From Bryobacterales bacterium (GTDB taxonomy: Bacteria > Acidobacteriota > Terriglobia > Bryobacterales > UBA6623), in NCBI GenBank assembly GCA_963422305.1, contig OY729422.1, positions 2,280,436-2,344,435 on the forward strand: a DNA stretch of 64,000 nucleotides. The letters are read 5' to 3'. The position numbers were made by a program, and so were the translations under genes. Every line of letters begins with the position of its first letter. Position 1 is the first letter of the stretch. Below are positions 1 to 9,363 of the stretch, piece after piece. Under the pieces are notes generated by a model. It ran no database searches and was not told the DNA's origin. It saw nothing but the letters and a program-made list of their open reading frames with translations.

Positions 1-1
1 G

Positions 2-118
2 AAGTGGCCGCAGGAAGGGTTCCGGCGTCCCTGGCCCGATCTCATCGAAATGGACGAGGCCGTCAAGACGCGGGTCGATCCGATTTGGGAGCAACTGGGA
101 ATCGAAGGATCGAATTAA
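2..118 (+). CDS. 3' end of an unidentified CDS entering from upstream (partial)
   Basis: Frame 2 reads KWPQEGFRRPWPDLIEMDEAVKTRVDPIWEQLGIEGSN, then TAA at 116-118. This is protein-like, unlike the Arg/Gly-rich track ORF 4..216. No family recognised. Confidence 0.25.
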   Translation, partial: KWPQEGFRRPWPDLIEMDEAVKTRVDPIWEQLGIEGSN

Positions 119-206
119 GGAATACGGCTGAGAAGGACATCGTCGCGGAAACGGCGGCCGCGAAGAGCAAGGAAATGCGTATACAGGCGGCGTCCAGACA
201 GGAAAA

Positions 207-959
207 GTGCGGTTGAGCGCGGTCATTTCAAATCTGTTGCTCATCGGACTGGCGCTTGTCGCGCTGTTCGTTCCGTCTCCCTTTGGACAGCGGCGGGACG
301 CTCCCCCGCCTCTGGAAACGTCGTCCGCGCAACAGATGCGGGCTCCCGCGCGCTTCGTTGCCCGCGACAGTGTCGGTATCGGCACATCGCGTCTTGCGAA
401 TGTTCTTGAAGTGTCCGTTGCGGTCGGCGACCGCGTCGCGGCAGGGCAGTTCTTGCTCGTACTGCGCGATTTGGCTATTGTCAGGAAACGCGCTGCCGCG
501 AATGAGGAATTGCGGCGTCTGGAAGCGGCGACCGCCAAGGCGGAAGCGCGGTCCTCGGCCGTACGGCAAGCCGAGTCGCGTGTTCGGTCAGAGGCTGCCC
601 GGCGGATGGAAGCGGACTATCGAGCCGTATTGAAGGATTTCGAGCGCCTGCAAGAGTTGTTCGACGAAGGCCTGCTGGCGCGGGTTGAATACGAGCGGCA
701 CAAGAAAGATATGGAGTCCCGCAGACTGGAGGCAAAAGCCGCTCGGGAGTCGATCGATCGTTCCTCCGTTCCCGATGTTCGAGAGGAGATCAAAAGTCTG
801 GCTAGCGCCCGGCGTTCGCTCGAACGTCTCGAGTCTCTCTCGGATACGTTTGTTCTGCGTACGCCCTGGGATGCCGTCGTTGAGGAAATCGCGGTCGCGC
901 CGGGAGATACGCCCGACCGCGGCTCCGTCCTGATGTTGCTCGTGGAAATCGAACGGTAA
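207..959 (+). CDS. Short HlyD/membrane-fusion-like adaptor (TM helix, split lipoyl-type domain, coiled coil; no beta-barrel or MP domain)
   Basis: GTG start. N-terminal TM segment LLLIGLALVALFV. Lipoyl-like halves VSVAVGDRVAAGQFLLVLRD and LRTPWDAVVEEIAVAPGD flank an Ala/Arg/Glu-rich coiled coil. It ends at 250 aa, just before an ABC ATPase gene. Confidence 0.45.
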   Translation: MRLSAVISNLLLIGLALVALFVPSPFGQRRDAPPPLETSSAQQMRAPARFVARDSVGIGTSRLANVLEVSVAVGDRVAAGQFLLVLRDLAIVRKRAAANEELRRLEAATAKAEARSSAVRQAESRVRSEAARRMEADYRAVLKDFERLQELFDEGLLARVEYERHKKDMESRRLEAKAARESIDRSSVPDVREEIKSLASARRSLERLESLSDTFVLRTPWDAVVEEIAVAPGDTPDRGSVLMLLVEIER

Positions 960-1001
960 CTACGTGGCCCCGGCACTCGCCCATACGAGAGAATAGAGGT
1001 T

Positions 1002-1742
1002 ATGGCGTCGGCAGTCGTATCGGACCGGGAAGAACTCGGCAGACAACTCAAAGCGGACAGTGTGGTCATCCAGACCTATGGGTTGCGTAAGACCTATGTG
1101 ATGGGAGATCAGGATATCCATGCCGTGGACGGCATCGACATGCGCATCAAGTATGGCGAATATGTCGCGCTGATGGGACCGTCCGGCTCTGGAAAGTCAA
1201 CTTTCATGAATTTGATCGGCGCCCTCGATACGCCATCCGCGGGGGATTACTTCATCGCCGGTCAACTCATAAGCACCATGAGTGACGATGAATTGGCGCG
1301 CATCCGCAATAAGGAAATCGGGTTCGTTTTTCAAACGTTCAACCTGTTGCCTCGGCTGACTGCTTTGCAAAACGTCGAGCTTCCGCTCATCTACGCCGGC
1401 TTGCCACAGGAGCAACGCCTCGAAAAAGCCCGGCATGCCCTGCAGCAAGTGGATCTGACCGCCCGCATGTATCACAAACCGAGCGAGCTATCGGGCGGTC
1501 AGCGTCAGAGGGTCGCGATCGCGCGGGCCCTAGCCGGCGATCCGTCGATCATCCTTGCCGATGAGCCGACAGGCAATCTCGATTCGGCGACATCGAACGA
1601 AATCATGGGGGTCATCGATATCTTGCACAAGCAGGGCAATACAATCATTCTCGTTACCCACGAGCCTGACATTGCGGTGTACGCACATCGCGTCGTTCAT
1701 CTTCGCGACGGCAAGGTCGAGAAGGACGAGAGCATCAAGTAG
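1002..1742 (+). CDS. ABC transporter ATP-binding protein (MacB/LolD/DevA-type ATPase, no fused permease)
   Basis: Walker [11 protein letters not shown]-loop, signature [15 protein letters not shown], Walker [14 protein letters not shown]-loop VTHE. RBS-like AGAGG lies upstream of the ATG. Confidence 0.9.
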   Translation: MASAVVSDREELGRQLKADSVVIQTYGLRKTYVMGDQDIHAVDGIDMRIKYGEYVALMGPSGSGKSTFMNLIGALDTPSAGDYFIAGQLISTMSDDELARIRNKEIGFVFQTFNLLPRLTALQNVELPLIYAGLPQEQRLEKARHALQQVDLTARMYHKPSELSGGQRQRVAIARALAGDPSIILADEPTGNLDSATSNEIMGVIDILHKQGNTIILVTHEPDIAVYAHRVVHLRDGKVEKDESIK

Positions 1743-1750
1743 ATGATATC

Positions 1751-2887
1751 TTGACTCCGGCGTTCATCGTCGCCGGCATCGTCCTGGGCGGTTGCGTTGT
1801 TTGCCTGCTGACGGTTTCCGCGGCCGTTCGGTTCCGCCGGCGAAAACGGCAGTCGACAGTTGCCGGCCCGGCCCGGCCCGGCATCAGTGTACTCAAACCC
1901 CTTGCCGGCGGCGAACCCGAGATCGAGCAAAACATTCGCTCGTTTTTTGAGATCGACTACCCGAACTACGAGATCCTATTTGCGGCGTGCGAGGACGGCG
2001 ACCCTGCCCTGCAGGTTGCGCGGAAGTTGAGTCGGCAGTACCCGAGCATTTCCGTGAAAATCCTGACAACCGGCGATCCTCCGTATCCGAATGCGAAGGT
2101 TTTTTCTTTGCAGACGATGGCGGCGGCAGCGCGGCACGGCCTGCTGGTCATCAGCGATAGCGACATTCGGGTGGACGCGGACTGCCTCGCCGTCATAGCC
2201 TCCGAATTTTCCTCCGCGAAGGTGGGGGTAGTGACCTGTCCCTATCGCGCAGCGCCGGGTCCGAGCTTCTGGTCGCTGCTGGAGGCTCTGGGCATGAACG
2301 GTGAGTTTTGGGGCGGCATTCTACTGGCGGAAATGCTGGCGCCGATGGATTTTGCTGTTGGACCCACGATGGCGATTTCACGCGATTGCCTCAATGCCGT
2401 CGACGGATTTGAATCCGTTCAGGAATATCTGGCCGAGGATTTTGTGCTCGGTCGAAAGGCCCGCGCGATGGGCTTCGATGTTCGACTTTCGCGAAACGTG
2501 GTGGAGCACCATATTGGCGCCGACCGCTTCGCGGCGAACTTCCGTCACCGCTTCCGTTGGAACCGTTCTACGCGCCGCTCGCGGCCGTGGGGCTATATCG
2601 GGCAGGTCTTCATGAATCCGCTGCCTTGGGCTCTGCTCGCGGTCCCGCTGTCCGGCATTGCCCAATGGAGCTTATGGTTGCTGGGAGTCTGCGTTTTCTT
2701 GCGTTTAGCCGCACTCGTCGCGGTGGGGTTTATGATTCTCGGCGACCGTCTGACGCTGCGGTATTTTTGGTTGATCCCGTTGCAGGATATCGCCGCGCTG
2801 GTCGTGTGGTTCGGGGCGTTTTTTGGAAACACGGTCACATGGCGCGGCCTTCGGTTCCACTTGACCGCCGATGGAAAGCTGCGCTGA
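1751..2887 (+). CDS. GT2/GT21-type glycosyltransferase, ceramide glucosyltransferase / HpnI-like
   Basis: TTG start 9 nt after the ABC stop. N-terminal TM helix, VLKPLAGGEP, DYPNYEILF, SDSDI (DxD-like), RFRW [(Q/R)xxRW] motif, C-terminal TM helices. Confidence 0.7.
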   Translation: MTPAFIVAGIVLGGCVVCLLTVSAAVRFRRRKRQSTVAGPARPGISVLKPLAGGEPEIEQNIRSFFEIDYPNYEILFAACEDGDPALQVARKLSRQYPSISVKILTTGDPPYPNAKVFSLQTMAAAARHGLLVISDSDIRVDADCLAVIASEFSSAKVGVVTCPYRAAPGPSFWSLLEALGMNGEFWGGILLAEMLAPMDFAVGPTMAISRDCLNAVDGFESVQEYLAEDFVLGRKARAMGFDVRLSRNVVEHHIGADRFAANFRHRFRWNRSTRRSRPWGYIGQVFMNPLPWALLAVPLSGIAQWSLWLLGVCVFLRLAALVAVGFMILGDRLTLRYFWLIPLQDIAALVVWFGAFFGNTVTWRGLRFHLTADGKLR

Positions 2888-2935
2888 TGCGCCTCGCGCG
2901 CGGCAACGATCGGCACAGGATTCGACTATCCTGTT

Positions 2936-3583
2936 ATGACTATGAAGCTTCCCGGAATCGCGGCCTTACTCTTGCTGTTTTTCTCTTGCGCCCCGCCCGA
3001 GTCGGAACGCGAGCAGCTCTTCAACGGAACCGACATGACCGGCTGGAGGCATACGGGTCCGGGTGAGTTCATTGTTGAGGACGGCTCTCTCAAAACAGTG
3101 GGCGGCATGGGACTGCTTGCTTACGACGGTAAGAAAATCGGCAACGCGGTCGTGAAGATCGTTTACAGGCCCGAGAGTCCGAACGCTAACGCCGGGGTTT
3201 TCATCCGCATCCCTGAAAAGCCGAACGACCCTTGGTTCGCCGTGCATCGCGGATACGAAGTCCAGATTCAAGACTCCGGCGACAAATTTCATCGCACGGG
3301 ATCGATCTACTCACTCTCGCCTTCGGAGGAATTTCCCTTCAGCGCCGACGGCTGGAACACGATGGAAATCATCCTGGACGGGCAGATCACGCGTGTGAAA
3401 GTCAATGGGACGCAAGTGAATGAATTCCACAGCGGCCGGGAGGCGCCCGAGAGAACCAAGTGGTTCGAGCCGCGACGCGGCTCGCGGCCTGATGAAGGCT
3501 ATATCGGCCTGCAAAATCACGACCGAAATTCCATCGTTTGGTTCAAGGAAGTCAGCGTTCGTCCCTTGGACGGGCCTCGATGA
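2936..3583 (+). CDS. DUF1080 (3-keto-disaccharide hydrolase-like) lipoprotein
   Basis: Lipobox LLFFSC. Motifs LFNGTDMTGW, GSLKTVGG.GLL, NAGVFIR, YEVQIQD, GYIGLQNH, VWFKEVSVRPL are typical of DUF1080. Confidence 0.75.
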   Translation: MTMKLPGIAALLLLFFSCAPPESEREQLFNGTDMTGWRHTGPGEFIVEDGSLKTVGGMGLLAYDGKKIGNAVVKIVYRPESPNANAGVFIRIPEKPNDPWFAVHRGYEVQIQDSGDKFHRTGSIYSLSPSEEFPFSADGWNTMEIILDGQITRVKVNGTQVNEFHSGREAPERTKWFEPRRGSRPDEGYIGLQNHDRNSIVWFKEVSVRPLDGPR

Positions 3584-3620
3584 AATCGTCAGCAGGCTGC
3601 TTGCTCAGGCGGGGCCGTGC

Positions 3621-4490
3621 TTAGCCTGCCGTCCAGGGAACTTTTTTACGGAGGCTTACGGACGCTTGCAGTCTCCCCACACCTTCCACTCTGGCCTCCA
3701 CGGTATCGCCGGGTTGGATTCTCGCTCCCTTCGGGCAGCCGGTGGAGAGGATGTCTCCCGGTTCAAAAGTCATGACTTCGGAGTGAAAGGCGGCCAGCTT
3801 AGCGGGGCCGTGCCGCATGTTGCGAACGAAATCCTTCGAGAACTCTTTGTCATTATGAAAGGTCGCCACTTCCAGCGATGCAACGTCTTCGATCTCGTCC
3901 GCGGTGACGATGACGGGGCCGAAAGTGAAAAACGTGTCGAAGCTCTTCGCGCGCTGAAGGTAGCGCGTGTTCTTCGCAAGGATATCGAGAGCGGTCATGT
4001 CGAGGGCGGTCGTGTAGCCGAACAGAACGTCCTTGACATGCTCGATCGGGACATCCCTACAGCGCTTGCCGAACACCAAGGTCAACTCGCCTTCGGCATC
4101 GACATCTCGGGTGAGTTCCTCGGGCGGCAACTCGATCGTTCCGCCCGGCTCGAAGAAACAAGAGCTTGGCTTCATGAAGCTGCCCGGTTCCTCCGGCTGC
4201 CTTTCGTTCAGGTCTTCGGCGTGGGAGCGATAGTTGAGCCCGATGCACCATACCTTGCCGGGGTTGCCGTACGGAATCCGCAAGCGCGCCTCGGCAATTG
4301 GGATCTCGGCTTCGATACCGGCTGAGAGTTGTTTCACCGCCTCGATCTGCTCCGACTTGATCAGAGCAAGCATCTCGGTGGGAAAATTTGCGCCTCGTTT
4401 TCTGTTGACGGAACTGAGCGGTAGTATCCAGTCTTCGATGACGATACCGGCTTCGCATACGCCGGCGTGTTCGAACGTACAGAGTTTCAT
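3621..4490 (-). CDS. Fumarylacetoacetate hydrolase (FAH) family protein
   Basis: KVWCIGLNYRSHAEDLNE, EGELTLVFGK, FDTFFTFGP and the C-terminal PGDILSTGCP..GD pattern are typical of the FAH fold. Confidence 0.8.
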   Translation of the reverse strand: MKLCTFEHAGVCEAGIVIEDWILPLSSVNRKRGANFPTEMLALIKSEQIEAVKQLSAGIEAEIPIAEARLRIPYGNPGKVWCIGLNYRSHAEDLNERQPEEPGSFMKPSSCFFEPGGTIELPPEELTRDVDAEGELTLVFGKRCRDVPIEHVKDVLFGYTTALDMTALDILAKNTRYLQRAKSFDTFFTFGPVIVTADEIEDVASLEVATFHNDKEFSKDFVRNMRHGPAKLAAFHSEVMTFEPGDILSTGCPKGARIQPGDTVEARVEGVGRLQASVSLRKKVPWTAG

Positions 4491-4561
4491 CTATCGACCA
4501 GCCATTTTACCTCACAGGCCGGCGCGCCGCTGCGCTGCTTATAATCGATCCGGAGTTGTGC

Positions 4562-5785
4562 ATGCAGGTTTTGCTGATTCATTTCGGAGAGATTTGGCTG
4601 AAGGGCTGCAATCGCAACTTTTTTGTCCGTAATTTGCGCGATGCCGTCAAGCGCGCGCTGCAAGGGATTGAAAGAGAGTCGATTGTCGGCGAAGAACAGC
4701 GGATTCTGATCTTTCTCCAGAGTTCCGCCGTCGAAGAAGCGCTGCGGCGGCTTGCGCTGGTCCCTGGAATCGCCAACATCGGCCTGGGTCGAGCCGTCGA
4801 TTTGTCGATCGACGCGGTCGAGCGAACGGCTCTCGAACTGATGGCCGACGGTGGGTTCCGGTCGTTTGCGGTTCGCGCCAGACGCTCGAATAAGCATTTT
4901 CCGCTGCGCTCCCCCGAGATCGAGCGCCGCATCGGCGCAGCAATCGCGCAACAGGCGCTGCGGCTCGGGCAGAAGGTCAACGTCGATCTGAAGAACCCCG
5001 ATCGTACTTGTTCTATTGAGTTCACGCGCTATCGGGCAGTCCTCTATGCCCGCAAGGTCCGCGGCATCGGAGGACTGCCGCCGAACTCAAGCGGACGCTT
5101 GTTGTGTCTGTTGTCCGGAGGCATCGACTCGCCCGTCGCCGCGTACAAAATCATTCGGCGCGGCGTCCGGCTGGGGTTCGTTCACTTTCATGGCAGTCCG
5201 GCTGTGCCCGGCGAGGAAAGCGAGCCCGTTGCGCGGGCGCTGGTGCGCCGGCTCACGGTTTATCAGGGCGCTTCGAAACTCTACCTGACGCCGTTCGACC
5301 GCATTCAACGCGAGATTGTGGCGAAAGCCCCGCAGAGCTTTCGCATCTTGATCTACCGCCGGATGATGATTCGCATCACGGAAAGGCTGGCTTTGCGGCA
5401 TAAGGCGCGCGGACTCGTCACGGGCGACAGCATCGGGCAGGTCGCGTCCCAGACTCTCGCTAACATGAACGCCGTCGGAGCCGCCGCCGCTCTGCCGCTC
5501 TATCGGCCGCTCTGCGGAACCGACAAGGAGGAAATCATGGCACTCGCGCGGCAGATCGGGACCTACGACATTTCGACTGCGCCCTTCATGGATTGTTGCC
5601 CGATGTATCTGCCGAGAAGTCCGGAAATCTTCGCGTCGATCAAGAAACTCGACGCCGCCGAGGCGCATCTCGATATCGAGGCCCTTGTTAAGCTGGGGAC
5701 GGATTCGACTGTCCGCGAAATCTACGAATATCAGAATGGTGAGACTGTGCTCAAGAAGGCCGAGCAACACAGGCAGGCGGCGTAG
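4562..5785 (+). CDS. thiI: tRNA 4-thiouridine(8) synthase ThiI (no rhodanese domain)
   Basis: N-terminal LLIHFGEIWLKGCNR, THUMP-like middle region, PP-loop LLSGGIDSPVAAY, DSIGQVASQT. ATG at 4562 lies 6 nt after GGAG. The track start 4556 is TTG. Confidence 0.9.
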   Translation: MQVLLIHFGEIWLKGCNRNFFVRNLRDAVKRALQGIERESIVGEEQRILIFLQSSAVEEALRRLALVPGIANIGLGRAVDLSIDAVERTALELMADGGFRSFAVRARRSNKHFPLRSPEIERRIGAAIAQQALRLGQKVNVDLKNPDRTCSIEFTRYRAVLYARKVRGIGGLPPNSSGRLLCLLSGGIDSPVAAYKIIRRGVRLGFVHFHGSPAVPGEESEPVARALVRRLTVYQGASKLYLTPFDRIQREIVAKAPQSFRILIYRRMMIRITERLALRHKARGLVTGDSIGQVASQTLANMNAVGAAAALPLYRPLCGTDKEEIMALARQIGTYDISTAPFMDCCPMYLPRSPEIFASIKKLDAAEAHLDIEALVKLGTDSTVREIYEYQNGETVLKKAEQHRQAA

Positions 5786-6635
5786 GCTTGCTGCGGTCGT
5801 CGCGTTTGCGGCGCCGGCTTTTCTGCCCTGCGTCCACGCCGACGGAACTGAAGGCTCGGCCGCTTCAGGCATCGAAATTGTGAACCTCGATTTGCTCGAC
5901 AGCCGCGACGGGTACGCGATACCCGCCGACAGCCGCTACTTTCCGGGCGAGACCGTCCATCTTTACTTTCAGATCAAGGGCTACCGGGTCAGTAAGGATT
6001 ACCGTGTTGAGTTGGAGTATCGGCTTGATGCCCTCGATCCCGCCGGCAAGCGCATATACGGTTCGGAAGGCGGCAGATTCAGCACCGAGCTCGCCCCGCA
6101 AGACGACGACTGGATGCCGGTCGTCCGCTATTCGCCGGAGATTCCCGCGCACGCCGGCGGAGGGACATACGAGATCAGGATCGATGTCAAGGACCGGCTC
6201 GCGGGGGCGGCGGTTCGAACGACCGTGCCGATCATTGTCGAGGGTGGCCGTGTGGAAACGTCCGACCGACTCACGATTCGGAATTTCGGCTTTGCGAAAT
6301 CGGCCGGCGGCGTCAAGCTCAATGAACCGCTTTACCGCGCGGGCGAGGAAATTTGGGCGGAGTTCTACATCACGGGCTACAAGACCCGTGAAGACAATAC
6401 CTTCGATGTCGAGTCCGACCTGCGTGTGATCGACGACGAGGGCGAGACGCTGTTCGAGTTCGACTCTCGCGGCGAAACGGGCAGCCCGTTCTACCCGCGC
6501 CTGTGGTTGCCCGCGAAGTTTCGCCTCGACCTCGAAAAGACGATCCCGCGCGGGAACTACACGGTCGTTCTGAATGTCCGAGACAATATCGGACAAGCCG
6601 TGTTTACCGAACGCCGTTCATTCAAAGTGCATTGA
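5736..6635 (+). CDS. Secreted hypothetical protein with two tandem beta-sandwich-like halves
   Basis: Signal peptide RRRRLAAVVAFAAPAFLPCVHA. The two halves share a pattern (FPGETVHLYFQIKGY...TYEIRIDVKD versus AGEEIWAEFYITGY...NYTVVLNVRD). Start 5736 overlaps the thiI 3' end by 50 nt and is uncertain. Confidence 0.5.
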   Translation: MVRLCSRRPSNTGRRRRLAAVVAFAAPAFLPCVHADGTEGSAASGIEIVNLDLLDSRDGYAIPADSRYFPGETVHLYFQIKGYRVSKDYRVELEYRLDALDPAGKRIYGSEGGRFSTELAPQDDDWMPVVRYSPEIPAHAGGGTYEIRIDVKDRLAGAAVRTTVPIIVEGGRVETSDRLTIRNFGFAKSAGGVKLNEPLYRAGEEIWAEFYITGYKTREDNTFDVESDLRVIDDEGETLFEFDSRGETGSPFYPRLWLPAKFRLDLEKTIPRGNYTVVLNVRDNIGQAVFTERRSFKVH

Positions 6636-6665
6636 CGCTGCATTCCGCCGGATACAATAGACACG

Positions 6666-8444
6666 ATGAATCGACGCGATTTCTTGCAAACATCGGGCGC
6701 GGTCGCCGGCTTGGCCGCGGCCGGCTGCAACGGCTCGGGGGCTAAGCCTAACATTCTGTGGATTTTTGCGGAAGACTTTTCGCCCGACCTCGGCTGCTAC
6801 GGCAATCGGCTCGTCAAGACGCCGAACCTCGACCGCTTGGCGCAAGAAGGCGTTCGCTATACGAACTGTATCTGCACCGCGCCTGTTTGTTCGGCGGCGC
6901 GCTCGGCGCTGATGGTGGGGATGTTTCAAACGTCCGTCGGCGGACACAACCATCGCAGTCACCGCGACGACGGCTACAAACTGCCTGAGGGGATACATAC
7001 CCATACGTACTACTTCCGTCAAGCCGGATATCATACATCAAATTCCAAAACTCCCGCACCGGGTCTTGCCGCCGGCGGCAAGACCGACTTCAACTACAGT
7101 TTGGACGATCCGGCGTTTGACGGCGAGGATTGGAGCGAGCGCGCCGCAGGGCAGCCTTTCTACGCGCAGATCAATTTTTCGGAAACGCATCGCGCCTTTA
7201 AGCGCTTCGAGGAATCGCCCGTCAACCCTGACGACATCGAGCTTGCCCCGTATTATCCCGACCATCCGGTCGTGCGCGACGACATCGCGCTTTATCTCGA
7301 TACCGCCCAGCACCTCGATGTGAAGGTCGGCAAGGTAATCCAGCGGCTGAAGGACGAGGGCGTTTACGAAGACACGATCGTTTTCTTTTTCGGCGATCAC
7401 GGCCAAGCGTTGCACCGCGGCAAGCAATGGCTCTATGAGCAGGGTATCCTGATTCCTCTGATCGTTCGTATCCCTGAAAAATCCCGGCCCGACGACTTCT
7501 TGCCGGGCTCGGTTGACGAGCGGTTGATGCAGCATATCGACATCGCGGCGACATCGCTGAAGCTTGCCGGCATCGATCCTCCGTCGAACATGCAGGGCAG
7601 GATATGCATCGGGCCTGACGCCGAACCCGAACCTCGGTATGCATTTTCCGCGCGTGACCGCTGCGACGAAACGGTCGACCGCATCCGCTCGGTGCGCACG
7701 AAACGTTGGAAGCTGATCCGTAATTTTATGCCGGAGCGTCCATACAGCCAGAAAAACCACTACAAGGACACGAGCTATCCCACTCTGCAGGTGATGCGCC
7801 AGTTGCACGCGGAAGGCAAGCTTACGGGGGCTCCCGCGCAATGGATGACCGAGCGGCGACCGGATCTCGAGCTGTTCGATTTGGAAAGCGACCCCCATGA
7901 AATCGACAATCTCGCAGAGAGTCCGCAACATACAGGGAAACTCGCCGAGTTGACCGCGGCTCTCGACGAATGGATCGAGATGAGCAACGACCAGGGCAGA
8001 ACGCCGGAATATCCGTTGCCGGCTGAGTACGCATACCGTACGATGGTCGACGGCTGGTACACGAACAACGGCCTACTGGCGAAAGCGGAAGGGATGCTCA
8101 AGATGGAATGGAGCGGCCGTGGGCGTCGGGTGCAGGAAGCCGTCGTCCCCTATGTGACCGAGGGCGGAGATATGACGCTGACGTTGGAACTACGGTCGAC
8201 GGACGGCTCGCCGACGGAGATTCGCTGGGGGACAGCGGAAAAAATGCGCGGCGCCGGCAAAAAGGAAATCGGCATTCCCGCCGACGGCAGGTGGCGCCGC
8301 GTCGACGTTTCATTCTCAAGCCGGCAGTGGCTCACCTATTTCGCCGTGGGGTTCGGCGGAGTTTCCGGCCGGATCGATTGCCGCAGGGCCGTGCTGCGCC
8401 GCACCGGTTCGGCCGATCCGGAGGCTGAGTGGACATTCGCCTGA
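6666..8444 (+). CDS. TAT-exported sulfatase with C-terminal extension
   Basis: Twin-arginine signal MNRRDFLQTSGAVAGLAAAGC. PNILWIFAEDFSPDLG, formylglycine motif variant CSAARSALMVG (C-x-A-x-R), FFFGDHG. Extra domain of roughly 130 aa after the sulfatase core. Confidence 0.85.
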   Translation: MNRRDFLQTSGAVAGLAAAGCNGSGAKPNILWIFAEDFSPDLGCYGNRLVKTPNLDRLAQEGVRYTNCICTAPVCSAARSALMVGMFQTSVGGHNHRSHRDDGYKLPEGIHTHTYYFRQAGYHTSNSKTPAPGLAAGGKTDFNYSLDDPAFDGEDWSERAAGQPFYAQINFSETHRAFKRFEESPVNPDDIELAPYYPDHPVVRDDIALYLDTAQHLDVKVGKVIQRLKDEGVYEDTIVFFFGDHGQALHRGKQWLYEQGILIPLIVRIPEKSRPDDFLPGSVDERLMQHIDIAATSLKLAGIDPPSNMQGRICIGPDAEPEPRYAFSARDRCDETVDRIRSVRTKRWKLIRNFMPERPYSQKNHYKDTSYPTLQVMRQLHAEGKLTGAPAQWMTERRPDLELFDLESDPHEIDNLAESPQHTGKLAELTAALDEWIEMSNDQGRTPEYPLPAEYAYRTMVDGWYTNNGLLAKAEGMLKMEWSGRGRRVQEAVVPYVTEGGDMTLTLELRSTDGSPTEIRWGTAEKMRGAGKKEIGIPADGRWRRVDVSFSSRQWLTYFAVGFGGVSGRIDCRRAVLRRTGSADPEAEWTFA

Positions 8445-8505
8445 CAGCCGCCCGCGCGGGGTGCTAAAATCTCGATGGGCGCCCGAGCCCGAGGAGGTTA
8501 TCGCC

Positions 8506-9363
8506 ATGAGTACCGTTACAAGCCGACGTTCTTTTTTAAGTGCAGCTGCTGCTGCCGCCGTCGCCGCGCCCGTCGCGCCTTCGGCATCCGCCGTTTCTAC
8601 GATGGAGACGCATCACTGGTCAGACGTCAAGCTGGCTGTCGCCACGTATTCGCTGCGCAAATTCAGCCGGTCGCAGACGATCGATATCGTCAAAAGCCTC
8701 GGCATCCAATACGTGAACGTCAAGGCGTTTCACATGCCGTACTACCTTTCCGAGGATGAGTTGAAAGCGACGCGAGCGGAGTTCGAAAAAGCCGGGCTGC
8801 AAATCGTCTCGGGCGGCAACATCAGCTTGAAGAGCGACGACAAAGACGAGTTGGAGCACTACTTCAAGTACGCCAAGGCGGCCGGAATTCCAGTTATGGT
8901 TTGCGCGCCGAAGCACTCCAACCTGCCGGTGATCGAAAAGCTGGCGATCGAGTACGACATCAAGATGGCGATCCACAATCACGGCCCCGAGGACCGCTAT
9001 TACCCGGCCGCGAGCGACGTGATGAAACAGGTCAAGAATATGGACCCCCGCATGGGCCTGTGCGTCGATGTCGGTCACACGGTCCGCACCGGCGCGGATA
9101 TCCTTGAAGAGATCGATGGCGCATGGTCCCGCATTTACGACTTCCATATCAAGGACCTCGCGGATTTCTCCGATAAGCGCAGCCAAGTTCCCGTGGGCGA
9201 AGGCAAGATGCCGGTCGCGGCGATCTTCAGCATACTCAAGAAGCGCAAATACACCGGCGTGGTCGGTCTCGAGTTCGAGATCGACGCCGACGCGCCGCAG
9301 GGCGGCATGGCCAAGTCGTTCGCATATATGCGCGGCGTGCTCGACGGACAACGCGGGGTATGA
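8506..9363 (+). CDS. TAT-exported sugar phosphate isomerase/epimerase (xylose isomerase-like TIM barrel)
   Basis: SRRSFLSAAAAAAVAAP signal. Pattern KLAVATYSLRKF..., IHNHGPED, VDVGH, GLEFE is typical of the AP endonuclease 2/TIM-barrel family. Start chosen at the internal ATG (MSTVTSRRSF). Confidence 0.75.
   Translation: MSTVTSRRSFLSAAAAAAVAAPVAPSASAVSTMETHHWSDVKLAVATYSLRKFSRSQTIDIVKSLGIQYVNVKAFHMPYYLSEDELKATRAEFEKAGLQIVSGGNISLKSDDKDELEHYFKYAKAAGIPVMVCAPKHSNLPVIEKLAIEYDIKMAIHNHGPEDRYYPAASDVMKQVKNMDPRMGLCVDVGHTVRTGADILEEIDGAWSRIYDFHIKDLADFSDKRSQVPVGEGKMPVAAIFSILKKRKYTGVVGLEFEIDADAPQGGMAKSFAYMRGVLDGQRGV

Noticed and set aside
4-216. Track ORF 4..216 as a gene.
   Set aside because: Its translation is Arg/Gly-rich and implausible. 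Frame 2 of the first 118 nt gives a more protein-like C-terminus, and the rest is the intergenic region before the GTG at 207.
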